From assembly GCA_004144865.1 (NCBI GenBank), contig SEAY01000045.1, positions 12,305 through 76,304 of the forward strand: a stretch of 64,000 bases of DNA, given 5' to 3'. The translations under genes were made by a program, and so were the position numbers. Below, one piece after another: positions 10,867-18,614 of this stretch (within the stretch, counting starts at the first letter, position 1; each line of letters begins with the position of its first letter). Under the pieces are notes generated by a model that was given only the letters and a program-made list of their open reading frames with translations, had not been told where the DNA came from and did no database searches. Source of the stretch: Comamonadaceae bacterium (GTDB lineage Bacteria; Pseudomonadota; Gammaproteobacteria; Burkholderiales; Burkholderiaceae_C).

Positions 10867-11772
10867 ATGAACTCCGTCGCCCTGCCCGGCCGCGCCGCCG
10901 CGCCCGCCCCGCTGCTCGTGCCCGCCCTGCTCGCCTGCTACCTGGTCTGGGGTTCAACCTACCTCGCGATCCGCTACGCGCTGGTGAGCTTCCCGCCGTT
11001 TTTCCAGATGGGGACGCGTTTCCTCACGGCGGGTGCGCTGCTGATGGCGTGGGTGCTGTGGCAGGCCCGGCGCGGCGCCGCCCGGATGCCGACCCCGCGC
11101 GAATGGCGCAATGCGCTGGTCATCGGCGCGCTGATGCTGGGGGGCGGGATGGGCCTGACCGCCAGCGCGGAGCAGCACATCGGCTCGGGGCTGATCGCCG
11201 CCTTCATCGCGGTGGTGCCGATGCTGGTGTGCGGGTGGGGACTGCTGTTCGGCCAGCGGCCCGGCCGCCTGGAGCTCGCGGGCATGCTGGTGGGCGTGGC
11301 GGGCGTCCTGCTGCTGGTGCGAGGCGCGAGTTTCGGTGCGTCACCGCAGGGGCTCGCAGCGATCGCGGGGGCGACGCTGGCCTGGTCGCTGGGGTCCGTG
11401 CTCTCGACGACGCGGCTGCCGCTGGCGCCCGGACCCGCCGGATTCGCGAGCGAAATGTTGTGTGGTGGCGCGGTGTTGATGGCGCTTTCTCTCGCAATGG
11501 GTGAGCAGTTCGGCGCGCCGCCGCAGCGACTCGCCCTTGCCGCGTGGATCTACCTCGTGGTGTTCGGCTCTCTCGTGGCATTCAGCGCCTACCTCTACCT
11601 CCTCGCGCATGCGAGCCCCGCGCTCGCCACGAGCTACGCCTTCGTGAACCCCGTGATCGCGCTCGCGCTGGGCGTTCTCCTCGGGGGAGAGGTGCTCTCG
11701 GGGGGAGAGTGGGCCGCCTGCGGCGTGATCCTCGCGGGCGTGTTGCTGATCTTCAGAGGGAAAACGGCCTAA
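10867..11772 (+). CDS. DMT (EamA) family transporter, YedA-like
   Basis: MNSVALPGRAAAPAPLLVPALLACYLVWGSTYLAIRYAL.... It has ten hydrophobic segments. It is divergent from the Lrp regulator, a classic Lrp/exporter pair. Confidence 0.8.
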   Translation: MNSVALPGRAAAPAPLLVPALLACYLVWGSTYLAIRYALVSFPPFFQMGTRFLTAGALLMAWVLWQARRGAARMPTPREWRNALVIGALMLGGGMGLTASAEQHIGSGLIAAFIAVVPMLVCGWGLLFGQRPGRLELAGMLVGVAGVLLLVRGASFGASPQGLAAIAGATLAWSLGSVLSTTRLPLAPGPAGFASEMLCGGAVLMALSLAMGEQFGAPPQRLALAAWIYLVVFGSLVAFSAYLYLLAHASPALATSYAFVNPVIALALGVLLGGEVLSGGEWAACGVILAGVLLIFRGKTA

Positions 11773-11824
11773 AGCGCGCGGATAAAAAAGCAACATCCTC
11801 CAGCGGAAAATCGCTTTTTCCCCT

Positions 11825-11852
11825 TTGACACGCCGCTTTTCTCCCTTAGCAT
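11825..11852 (+). promoter_or_regulatory. Candidate sigma70 promoter of the SWIB gene
   Basis: TTGACA (11825-11830), a 16-nt spacer, then TAGCAT (11847-11852). GAAGGA lies about 8 nt before the ATG at 11919. Confidence 0.35.
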
Positions 11853-11918
11853 CCGCAGTGCCAGTGCAAGGGCAGTTTTCACTGGTGGTTCATCAAACTT
11901 CTAGAAGGAAATCAAATC

Positions 11919-12371
11919 ATGGCAACTGCGAAAAAGGCGGCGAAGAAGGCTCCGGCAAAGAAGGCGGCTCCGGCGAAGAAGGCCGTCGCCAAGAAGGCCC
12001 CGGCGAAGAAGGCCGTCGCGAAGAAGGCTCCGGCAAAGAAGGCCGCCCCGGCCAAGAAGGCTGTGGCGAAGAAGGCCGCCCCGGCAAAGAAGGCAACTGC
12101 GAAGAAGGCTCCCGCGAAGAAGCGCACCCCGAACGCGGCGTTCATGAAGCCGCTGACCCCGGACGCATCGCTGGCTGCCGTGGTGGGCTCGAGCCCCCTG
12201 CCCCGCACCGAGATCGTCTCGAAGCTGTGGGCCTACATCAAGAAGAACAAGCTGCAGGACCAGCAGAACAAGCGCATGGTCAACGCCGACGACAAGCTGC
12301 GTGTCCTGTTCGGCAAGGGCCAGGTGTCCATGTTCGAGATGGCTGGCCTGATCGGCAAGCACGTCAAGTAA
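11919..12371 (+). CDS. Histone-H1-like Lys/Ala-repeat N-terminus fused to a SWIB/MDM2 domain (putative nucleoid-associated protein)
   Basis: 150 aa. Residues ~4-68 are AKKAPAKKAVAKK-type repeats. The C-terminal half, FMKPLTPDASLAAVVGSSPLPRTEIVSKLWAYIKKNKLQDQQNKRMVNADDKLRVLFGK, matches the SWIB fold signature. Confidence 0.85.
   Translation: MATAKKAAKKAPAKKAAPAKKAVAKKAPAKKAVAKKAPAKKAAPAKKAVAKKAAPAKKATAKKAPAKKRTPNAAFMKPLTPDASLAAVVGSSPLPRTEIVSKLWAYIKKNKLQDQQNKRMVNADDKLRVLFGKGQVSMFEMAGLIGKHVK
11928..12123 (+). repeat. Degenerate 15-18-nt tandem repeat encoding (A/P)xAKK units
   Basis: Repeated GCN-CCG/GTC-GCN-AAG-AAG units are read directly in the DNA. The repeat lies within the SWIB gene. Confidence 0.7.
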
Positions 12372-12391
12372 TCGAGGCCTCCTCGATTCTG

Positions 12392-12420
12392 AAAAGGCCG
12401 GCTTCGCCGGCCTTTTTCTT
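12392..12420 (+). terminator. Rho-independent terminator after the SWIB gene
   Basis: GGCCGGC (12396-12402), loop TTC, GCCGGCC (12406-12412), followed by TTTTTCTTTT. It is flanked by an A-run, so it could act in both directions. Confidence 0.7.
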
Positions 12421-12538
12421 TTGGCGCCGGTTCATCGCGCACCGTACCCGTAGGGGCGGGCCGGGGCGCGCTGGCACGCGGCTTGGCAGTTGGGCAGCGG
12501 CGGTTCAACAAGCCAGCTTGATCAAGCAGAGCGTTTCC

Positions 12539-12828
12539 CGTCGCGCCAGGCGGTGCGCGGTGCCGGCCCGCATGAGGGGGCGGTGCCTGAAAGGCTGTTC
12601 CCGGCGCCGCAGCGTGGCTACGAGAGCGTCACGGAGTGACGCATATCGAGCCACGCGACCGTCTCTAGCTCGCGAAGCTGTTCGAGTTCGCAGTTTGGCC
12701 GCTTGCGGCCAAACTGCAGACGAGTTCTTCGCGTGCGGCGCCGGGAACAGACTTTCAGGTTTGCCGGCGCGCTTGGCGCGCCGGACACCGCCCCAGCGGG
12801 CCGGCACCGCGCACCGCCTGGCGCGACG
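12539..12828. repeat. ~290-bp nested imperfect palindrome (MITE-like element or structured RNA)
   Basis: Perfect 33-nt inverted arms lie at 12539-12571 and 12796-12828. Inner arms match at CCTGAAAG(G/T)CTGTTCCCGGCGCCGCA. A perfect 12-bp central hairpin lies at 12691-12716, and extra hairpins at ~12604-12656 and ~12762-12785. Confidence 0.8.
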
Positions 12829-12847
12829 TGGGCGCAGCGCCAAGAAA

Positions 12848-12885
12848 CACCGGGGTTCGGCTTCGCGCTCACCGCCGGCCTACGG
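12848..12885. repeat. REP family 2, single unit
   Basis: CACCGGGGTTCGGCTTCGCGCTCACCGCCGGCCTACGG. Near-identical units occur at 46519-46689. Confidence 0.6.
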
Positions 12886-12910
12886 CAAGCCGTGGGCCGG
12901 GGACAAGCCC

Positions 12911-14620
12911 TCAGGCCTGCTTCTTCAGCGCCGCATCGCGAATGCCGCTCAGCGTCCCGCGCGTGGTGATCACTTCCGGGTCCAGCATCAGTTCGATCAG
13001 CGTGCCTTGCCGGCGCTCCAGCGCCGCCACGAGGGCAGGCTCGAACTGCTCGGTCCGCGTCACCCGCACGCCCTCGTAGCCATAGGCCTTGGCCAGGGCG
13101 ACGAAATCGGGGTTCGCCAGCTCCGTGCCGGCACCCTCGGTGCGCTTGGGGTACTCGCGCTCCTGATGCATGCGGATGGTGCCGTACATGCCGTTGTTCA
13201 GCAGCACGATGATCGACTTGGCGCCGCTCTGCGAGGCCGTCGCCAGTTCCTGCCCGTTCATGAGGAAGTCGCCATCGCCGGCCATCGTCAACGCCACGCG
13301 GCCCGACACGATGTTGGCGGCGATGCCGGCCGGCACCCCGTAGCCCATCGCGCCAACCGTCGGCGCCAGCTGCGTCTTGTGCCCCTTGGCGAGGCCATGG
13401 TGCTTGAAGAAGCGGTGCGTCCACGAGGCGAAGTTGCCTGCCCCGTTGGTGATCAGGGCGTCCGCCGGCAGGTGCTTCTGCAGCGTCGCAACCACCGCCG
13501 GCATGTCGATGTCGCCCGGCAGCTTCTGCGGCTTCAGGTTCTCCAGGTAGTCCGCGTGGGCGGACTGCGCCCACTCACTGCCCCAGGGCACGTCCGGCGG
13601 CGCCGTCAGCACCTCCAGAGACCGCGCCGCGGCGTTCATGGTGGCGTTGATGGCGAGGTCGGCCTGGTAGACGCGGTTCAGCTCCTCGGCGCCGGCGTGG
13701 ATGTGCACCAGCTTCTGCTTCGGCTTCGGGGGCTTCAGCAGCGTGTAGCCGCCGGTGGTCATCTCCCCGAGGCGCGGCCCGATCGCGAGGACGAGGTCGC
13801 TGTCCTGGATGCGCGCCGACAGCTTCGCATTGATGCCGATGCCGACGTCGCCCGCATACAGCGGATGATGGTTGTCGAAGGTGTCCTGGAAGCGGAAGGC
13901 GTTGCCCACCGGCAGCTTCCAGTTCTCCGCAAAGCGCTGCAGCGCCTGCGCGGCCTGCGGCGTCCAGCCGCCGCCGCCCGCGATCACGAAGGGCTTCTTC
14001 GCCGCCAACAGCATCTCGCGCAGCGTGCGCAGCGCGCCCGGGTCGCTCCAGGACTCGACGGCTTCCACGCGCGACAACGGCCGTGCCGTGGTCGCCTGGG
14101 TCAGCATGTCCTCGGGCAGCACCAGCACCACCGGTCCCGGCCGGCCGTTCATCGCGGTGGCGAAGGCGCGCGCCACGTACTCCGGGATGCGATGCGGATC
14201 GTCGATGCGCTCCACGCGCTTGGCCATGCCCTTGGTGCTGGGGCCGAAGAAACTCTGGTATTCGACTTCCTGGAAGGCCTCGCGGTCGCGCTGGTCGCTG
14301 GCCACGTCGCCGACGAACAGCACCATGGGCGTGGAGTCCTGGAAGGCTGTGTGCACGCCGATGGACGCATTGGTGGCGCCCGGCCCGCGCGTGACGAAGC
14401 ACACGCCGGGCCGGTTGGTCATCTTGCCCGCGGCCTCGGCCATGAAGGCGGCGCCGCCCTCCTGCCGGTTGATGACGAAGCGGATCTGCTCGCGGTACTT
14501 GTGGAAGCCGTCCAGCACCGCGAGGTAGCTCTCGCCCGGTACGCCGAAGGCATGGGTGACGCCCTGCGCCACGAGGCATTCCACGATCAGGTGGCCGGCG
14601 AGCTGTGAGTCTTGGGACAT
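12911..14620 (-). CDS. Thiamine-pyrophosphate-dependent enzyme (acetolactate synthase large-subunit-like)
   Basis: 569 aa. It has the TPP_enzyme N, M and C layout (GVPGESYLAVLDG..., GPGATNASIGVHTA..., GAMGYGVPAGIAA...GDGDFLMNGQE). Confidence 0.85.
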   Translation of the reverse strand: MSQDSQLAGHLIVECLVAQGVTHAFGVPGESYLAVLDGFHKYREQIRFVINRQEGGAAFMAEAAGKMTNRPGVCFVTRGPGATNASIGVHTAFQDSTPMVLFVGDVASDQRDREAFQEVEYQSFFGPSTKGMAKRVERIDDPHRIPEYVARAFATAMNGRPGPVVLVLPEDMLTQATTARPLSRVEAVESWSDPGALRTLREMLLAAKKPFVIAGGGGWTPQAAQALQRFAENWKLPVGNAFRFQDTFDNHHPLYAGDVGIGINAKLSARIQDSDLVLAIGPRLGEMTTGGYTLLKPPKPKQKLVHIHAGAEELNRVYQADLAINATMNAAARSLEVLTAPPDVPWGSEWAQSAHADYLENLKPQKLPGDIDMPAVVATLQKHLPADALITNGAGNFASWTHRFFKHHGLAKGHKTQLAPTVGAMGYGVPAGIAANIVSGRVALTMAGDGDFLMNGQELATASQSGAKSIIVLLNNGMYGTIRMHQEREYPKRTEGAGTELANPDFVALAKAYGYEGVRVTRTEQFEPALVAALERRQGTLIELMLDPEVITTRGTLSGIRDAALKKQA

Positions 14621-14629
14621 GCTTGACTT

Positions 14630-14649
14630 GATTAACTGATTGGTGAATT
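14630..14649. promoter_or_regulatory. Candidate TetR operator, site 1
   Basis: The bottom strand reads AATTCACCAATCAGTTAATC, which matches site 2 at 15348-15367 (AATTCACCAGATAGTGAATT). It sits in the 37-nt gap between the divergent TPP-enzyme and TetR genes. Confidence 0.4.
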
Positions 14650-14657
14650 ATCGGACC

Positions 14658-15308
14658 ATGCCCCGTGACCCCAGCCCCGCCACCGAGGAACGCGTCCGGG
14701 ACGCGGACCGCTCGCAGAGCACCATCCTAGCAGCGGCGCGCGACGAATTCGCCGAGTTCGGCCTCGGGGGCGCGCGGGTCGACCGCATCGCCGAACGCGC
14801 GGGCCTCAACAAGCGCCTGATCTACTACTACTTCGAGGACAAGGAGAAGCTGTTCCAGGCGGTGCTGGAGCAGGCCTACCGCGACATCCGCGAGGAGGAG
14901 GCGAAGCTGCGGCTGCTCGATCTCGACCCGGCCACGGCAGTGCGGCGCCTGATCGAGTTCACCTGGGACTACTACCTGGCGCACCCGGAGTTCATGACGC
15001 TCCTCAACAGCGCCAACCTGCACAAGGCGCGCCACCTGGCGGAGTCGCGCCGCGCGCGCGAACTCACCTCGCCGCTCGTCGAGACGCTCGCCGCCGTGCT
15101 CGAACGGGGGCGGCGCGAAGGCAGCTTCCGCGGCGGGGTCGATCCCGTGCAGCTGTACGTGTCCATCGCGGGGATGGCCTACTTCTACCTCTCCAACAGC
15201 CACACCCTGTCGGCGATCTTCGGGCGCGACCTGCTCGCGCCCAAGGCGCGCAGCGAGCGCCTGTCGCACATGACGGACGTGATCCTCGGCTACCTGCTGC
15301 ACGACTGA
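14658..15308 (+). CDS. TetR/AcrR family transcriptional regulator
   Basis: MPRDPSPATEERVRDADRSQSTILAAARDEFAEFGLGGARVDRIAERAGLNKRLIYYYFEDKEKLF is a TetR_N HTH. The ATG at 14658 is preferred; the track uses TTG at 14640. Confidence 0.85.
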   Translation: MPRDPSPATEERVRDADRSQSTILAAARDEFAEFGLGGARVDRIAERAGLNKRLIYYYFEDKEKLFQAVLEQAYRDIREEEAKLRLLDLDPATAVRRLIEFTWDYYLAHPEFMTLLNSANLHKARHLAESRRARELTSPLVETLAAVLERGRREGSFRGGVDPVQLYVSIAGMAYFYLSNSHTLSAIFGRDLLAPKARSERLSHMTDVILGYLLHD

Positions 15309-15347
15309 GCGTTTCCACAGGCTTGCCAAGCCCGCAGGCCTCCCTAT

Positions 15348-15367
15348 AATTCACCAGATAGTGAATT
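15348..15367. promoter_or_regulatory. Candidate TetR operator, site 2, overlapping a -10 box
   Basis: AATTCAC-CAGATA-GTGAATT with 7-bp inverted arms. TATAAT at 15345-15350 overlaps it. It is 31 nt upstream of the Bug gene start. Confidence 0.45.
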
Positions 15368-15397
15368 AAATCCATCCACCCTCACCGGAGACAACCC

Positions 15398-16372
15398 GTG
15401 AAGTTCACGCGCCGCACCCTCGCCCTGACCCTTGCCGCCGCCGCGGCCCTGCCCTTCGCCGCATCGGCGCAGGGCGGCTACCCGAACAAGCCGATCCGCG
15501 TGGTCGTGCCCTTCCCGGCCGGCAGCACCACGGACATCATCGCGCGCGCGATCACGGACAAGATGAGCCAGAGCATGGGCCAGCCGATCGTGGTGGACAA
15601 CCGCGGCGGCGCCAGCGGCACCATCGGCCAGGCCGCGGTGGCCCAGGCCGCGCCCGACGGCTACACGATCATGATCCACTCGTCGTCGCACACGGTCAGC
15701 CCGCACACCTTCGCCAAGCTGCCCTTCGACACGCTCGCGGACTTCACGCCGGTCACCCCGATCTCCTCCACGCCGAACGTGCTGGTGATCTCCCCGTCCA
15801 AGAACATCAAGACGCTGCCCGAGCTGCTGGCCCAGGCGCGCGCCAATCCCGGCAAGATGAACTTCGCTTCCGCCGGCCAGGGCAGCGCCACCCACCTGAA
15901 CGCCGAGAAGTTCAAGCTCGCCGCCAGGATCGACGCCGTGAACGTGCCCTTCAAGGGCTCCGCCGAAGCGGTCACCGAAGTGATGGCCGGCCGCGTGGAC
16001 TACTACTTCTCCCCCATCGCGCCGGTGATCGGCCAGATCCGCAACGGCCAGCTGGTGCCGCTGGCGGTCGGTTCGCCCAAGCGTGCGGCCGCCCTGCCCC
16101 AGGTGCCCACCACCGCCGAAGCCGGCGTGCCGGGTTCGGAATTCAACTTCTGGATCGGCATGTTCGCCCCCGGCAAGACACCGGCCGCGATCGTCAACCG
16201 CCTGCAGGACGAAGTGGTGAAGGCCCTCAACACGCCCGAGGTGAAGGAGCGCTTCCTGACGCTGGGCGCCGATGCGTGGACGCTGGAGCCGGCGCAGTTC
16301 GATGCCTACGTGCGCGAAGAGATCAAGAGCAACGCCGCGCTGGTCAAGGCCGCCGGCCTGGAAGTGAAGTAA
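15398..16372 (+). CDS. Tripartite tricarboxylate transporter substrate-binding protein (Bug/TctC family)
   Basis: 324 aa with a signal peptide. It has the hallmark YPNKPIRVVVPFPAGSTTDIIAR...VVDNRGGASG. Confidence 0.9.
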   Translation: MKFTRRTLALTLAAAAALPFAASAQGGYPNKPIRVVVPFPAGSTTDIIARAITDKMSQSMGQPIVVDNRGGASGTIGQAAVAQAAPDGYTIMIHSSSHTVSPHTFAKLPFDTLADFTPVTPISSTPNVLVISPSKNIKTLPELLAQARANPGKMNFASAGQGSATHLNAEKFKLAARIDAVNVPFKGSAEAVTEVMAGRVDYYFSPIAPVIGQIRNGQLVPLAVGSPKRAAALPQVPTTAEAGVPGSEFNFWIGMFAPGKTPAAIVNRLQDEVVKALNTPEVKERFLTLGADAWTLEPAQFDAYVREEIKSNAALVKAAGLEVK

Positions 16373-16394
16373 GCAAGCAGTCGAGGAACCGCCC

Positions 16395-17349
16395 ATGGCC
16401 ACCCAACGTCTCGGAATCATCATGCACGGCGTCACCGGACGCATGGGCATGAACCAGCACCTGATCCGCTCCATCGTGGCGATCCGCAACCAGGGCGGCG
16501 TGACGCTCTCCAACGGCGACAAGGTGATGCCGGACCCGATCCTCATCGGCCGCAACGCCGAGAAGATCGAGGCCCTCGCCAAGGCACACGGCATCGCGCG
16601 CTGGGACACCGACCTCGACGCCGCGCTGGCGAACCCGGACGACACGGTGTTCTTCGACGCCGGCACCACGCAGATGCGGCCCACGCTGCTGGCCAAGGCG
16701 TTGCGCGCGAAGAAGCACGTGTACTGCGAGAAGCCGATCGCCACCACGCTCGGCGAGGCCGTGGAGATCGCGAAGATCGCCGAGAAGTCGGGCCTGAAGC
16801 ACGGCGCGGTGCAGGACAAGCTGTTCCTGCCCGGGCTGCGCAAGCTCGACATGCTGCGCCGCGCCGGCTTCTTCGGCCGCATGCTGTCGCTGCGGCTGGA
16901 GTTCGGCTACTGGGTGTTCGAGGGCGACCTGCACCGAACTCGTCGGCCACAACGGCGAGCCGGTGATCGCGCAGCTGAACATGTCCTGGGCCACGCGCGT
17001 GAACCGCGAGGACCTGGTCACGTTCCACGTCGACGGCACCCACGGCTCCGCCGTGGCGACGCTCACCGAATGCAAGGCGCAAAGCCGCGTCAACACGCCG
17101 CGCCCGGTGTGGAACCCCGACGTCAAGCAGACGATGGACTTCACGGAGCAGTGGCAGGACGTGCCGGACACGCAGGTGTACGACAACGGCTTCAAGATCC
17201 AGTGGGAGGCCTTCATCCGCCACGTGGTGGAAAACGCACCCTACAAGTGGACGCTGCCGGAAGGCGCCAAGGGCGTGCAGCTGGTCGAGGCCGCCCTGCA
17301 AAGCTGGAAGGAACGCCGCTTCGTCGACGTGCCACCGTTGAAGTTCTGA
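16395..17349 (+). pseudogene. Gfo/Idh/MocA family oxidoreductase, disrupted by a frame change and an apparent internal deletion near 16929-16935
   Basis: The N-terminal half (ORF 16395..., MATQRLGIIMHGVTGRMGMNQHLIRS...EFGYWVFEGD) turns into Arg-rich junk after 16928. The C-terminal half (...TELVGHNGEPVIAQLNMSWATRVNREDLVTFHVDGTHGSAV...WKERRFVDVPPLKF) is in the +1 frame and ends at 17349. Confidence 0.7.
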
Positions 17350-17359
17350 GGAGCGTCCC

Positions 17360-18544
17360 ATGGCCCTGACCCTGAAGCTGCCCACCGCGCGGGGCGCGCT
17401 GGAAGATTACGCCCTGCGCGGCACGGCGCCGGTGAAGCCGGCGGCCGGCGTGAAGTTCAACCGCATCGCCTACTCCGCCGCGCACGTGGTGGCCGACCCG
17501 CTGGCGCCCATCGATCCCTGGCTGCAGTGCGCCGTGGACTGGGACGCCACCATCGCCTACCGCCAGCGCCTGTGGTCCCTGGGCCTGGGGGTGGCCGAAG
17601 CGATGGACACCGCGCAGCGCGGCATGGGCCTGGACTGGCCCACCTCGCTGGAGCTGATCCGCCGTTCGCTCGATGCCGCGCGCGACGTGCCCGGCGCGCT
17701 GGTCGCCTCCGGCTGCGGCACCGACCACCTGGCGCCGGAGAACGCGAAGAGCGTGGACGACGTGATCCGCGCCTACGAGGAACAGATGGCCGCCATCGAG
17801 AAGCTGGGCGGCAAGCTGATCGTGATGGCCAGCCGTGCCCTGGCGCGCGTGGCCAAGGGCCCGGCGGACTACGAGCAGGTCTACGGCCGCATCCTGTCGC
17901 AGGCGAGGCAGCCCGTGGTCCTGCACTGGCTGGGCGACATGTTCGATCCCGCGCTCGCCGGCTACTGGGGCACGAAGGACGTGGATGCCGCGATGGACAC
18001 GGCGATCGGCATCATCGCCGCGCACGCCTCCAAGGTGGACGGCATCAAGATCTCGCTGCTGGACAAGGACAAGGAGATCGCCATGCGCCGCCGCCTGCCC
18101 GCGGGCGTGCGGATGTACACGGGCGACGACTTCAATTACGCCGAGCTGATCGCCGGCGACGGCTTTGGCCAGGAGCCGACGCACGGCAAGAGCGATGCGT
18201 TGCTGGGGATCTTCGACGCGATCGCCCCCGCGGCGAGCGCCGCGCTCGGCGAGCTGGCACAGGGCAACCTGGAGCGCTTCCACGCCATCCTGGGCCCCAC
18301 CGTGCCGCTGTCGCGTCACATCTTCGCGGCGCCCACGCGCTTCTACAAGACGGGCGTGGTGTTCATGGCGTGGCTCAATGGCCACCAGAAACACTTCACC
18401 ATGGTGGGTGGCCAGCAGAGCACGCGCAGCCTGCCGCACCTGGCCGAACTGTTCCGCCTGGCCGATGCGGCCAACCTGCTGGAGCAGCCGGAACTGGCGG
18501 CGCGGCGCATGAAGACGCTGCTCGACCTGCACGGCGTCCAGTAA
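17360..18544 (+). CDS. DUF993 family protein
   Basis: 394 aa, MALTLKLPTARGALEDYALRG...FNRIAYSAAHVVADPLA.... The family assignment is from memory. The family is typically flanked by a Gfo/Idh/MocA oxidoreductase and a TIM-barrel isomerase, as here. Confidence 0.75.
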   Translation: MALTLKLPTARGALEDYALRGTAPVKPAAGVKFNRIAYSAAHVVADPLAPIDPWLQCAVDWDATIAYRQRLWSLGLGVAEAMDTAQRGMGLDWPTSLELIRRSLDAARDVPGALVASGCGTDHLAPENAKSVDDVIRAYEEQMAAIEKLGGKLIVMASRALARVAKGPADYEQVYGRILSQARQPVVLHWLGDMFDPALAGYWGTKDVDAAMDTAIGIIAAHASKVDGIKISLLDKDKEIAMRRRLPAGVRMYTGDDFNYAELIAGDGFGQEPTHGKSDALLGIFDAIAPAASAALGELAQGNLERFHAILGPTVPLSRHIFAAPTRFYKTGVVFMAWLNGHQKHFTMVGGQQSTRSLPHLAELFRLADAANLLEQPELAARRMKTLLDLHGVQ

Positions 18545-18549
18545 ATGCT

Positions 18550-18603
18550 GTCATCCCGGGCTCGGCCCGGGATCCATGGATGCCGGGTCGAGCCCGGCAT
18601 GAC
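18550..18603. repeat. REP family 1, inverted pair (variant)
   Basis: GTCATCCCGGGCTCGGCCCGGGATCCATGG joined to CCATGGATGCCGGGTCGAGCCCGGCATGAC. It lies in the 70-nt gap between two co-directional genes. Confidence 0.6.
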
Positions 18604-18614
18604 AAAGGTTCGCG

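Noticed and set aside
11928-12123. The regular short DNA repeat, considered as a CRISPR array or non-coding VNTR.
   Set aside because: The period is only 15-18 nt with no unique spacers. It lies in frame inside a gene and encodes (A/P)xAKK units. No cas genes are in the window.
12372-12910. The 539-nt gap, considered as the site of a tRNA, an IS element or a small gene.
   Set aside because: I could find no T-arm or anticodon-arm tRNA layout, no transposase-like ORF, and no direct repeats flanking the inverted arms. The only ORFs are Arg-rich artefacts. I kept it as an unexplained palindromic element instead.
11825-14608. 927-aa plus-strand ORF spanning the SWIB gene, the palindromic gap and the TPP-enzyme gene.
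   Set aside because: It reads the KA-repeat DNA in another frame (GKEG/EEG repeats), crosses a terminator and the REP and palindrome region, and is then antisense to the TPP enzyme. It is not a plausible protein.
16963-17349. ORF 16963..17349 (MIAQLNMSW...) as an independent 128-aa gene.
   Set aside because: Its frame is open well upstream of the listed GTG. Its sequence is the C-terminal domain of the Gfo/Idh/MocA enzyme whose N-terminal half is ORF 16395.... I treat the two as one disrupted gene.
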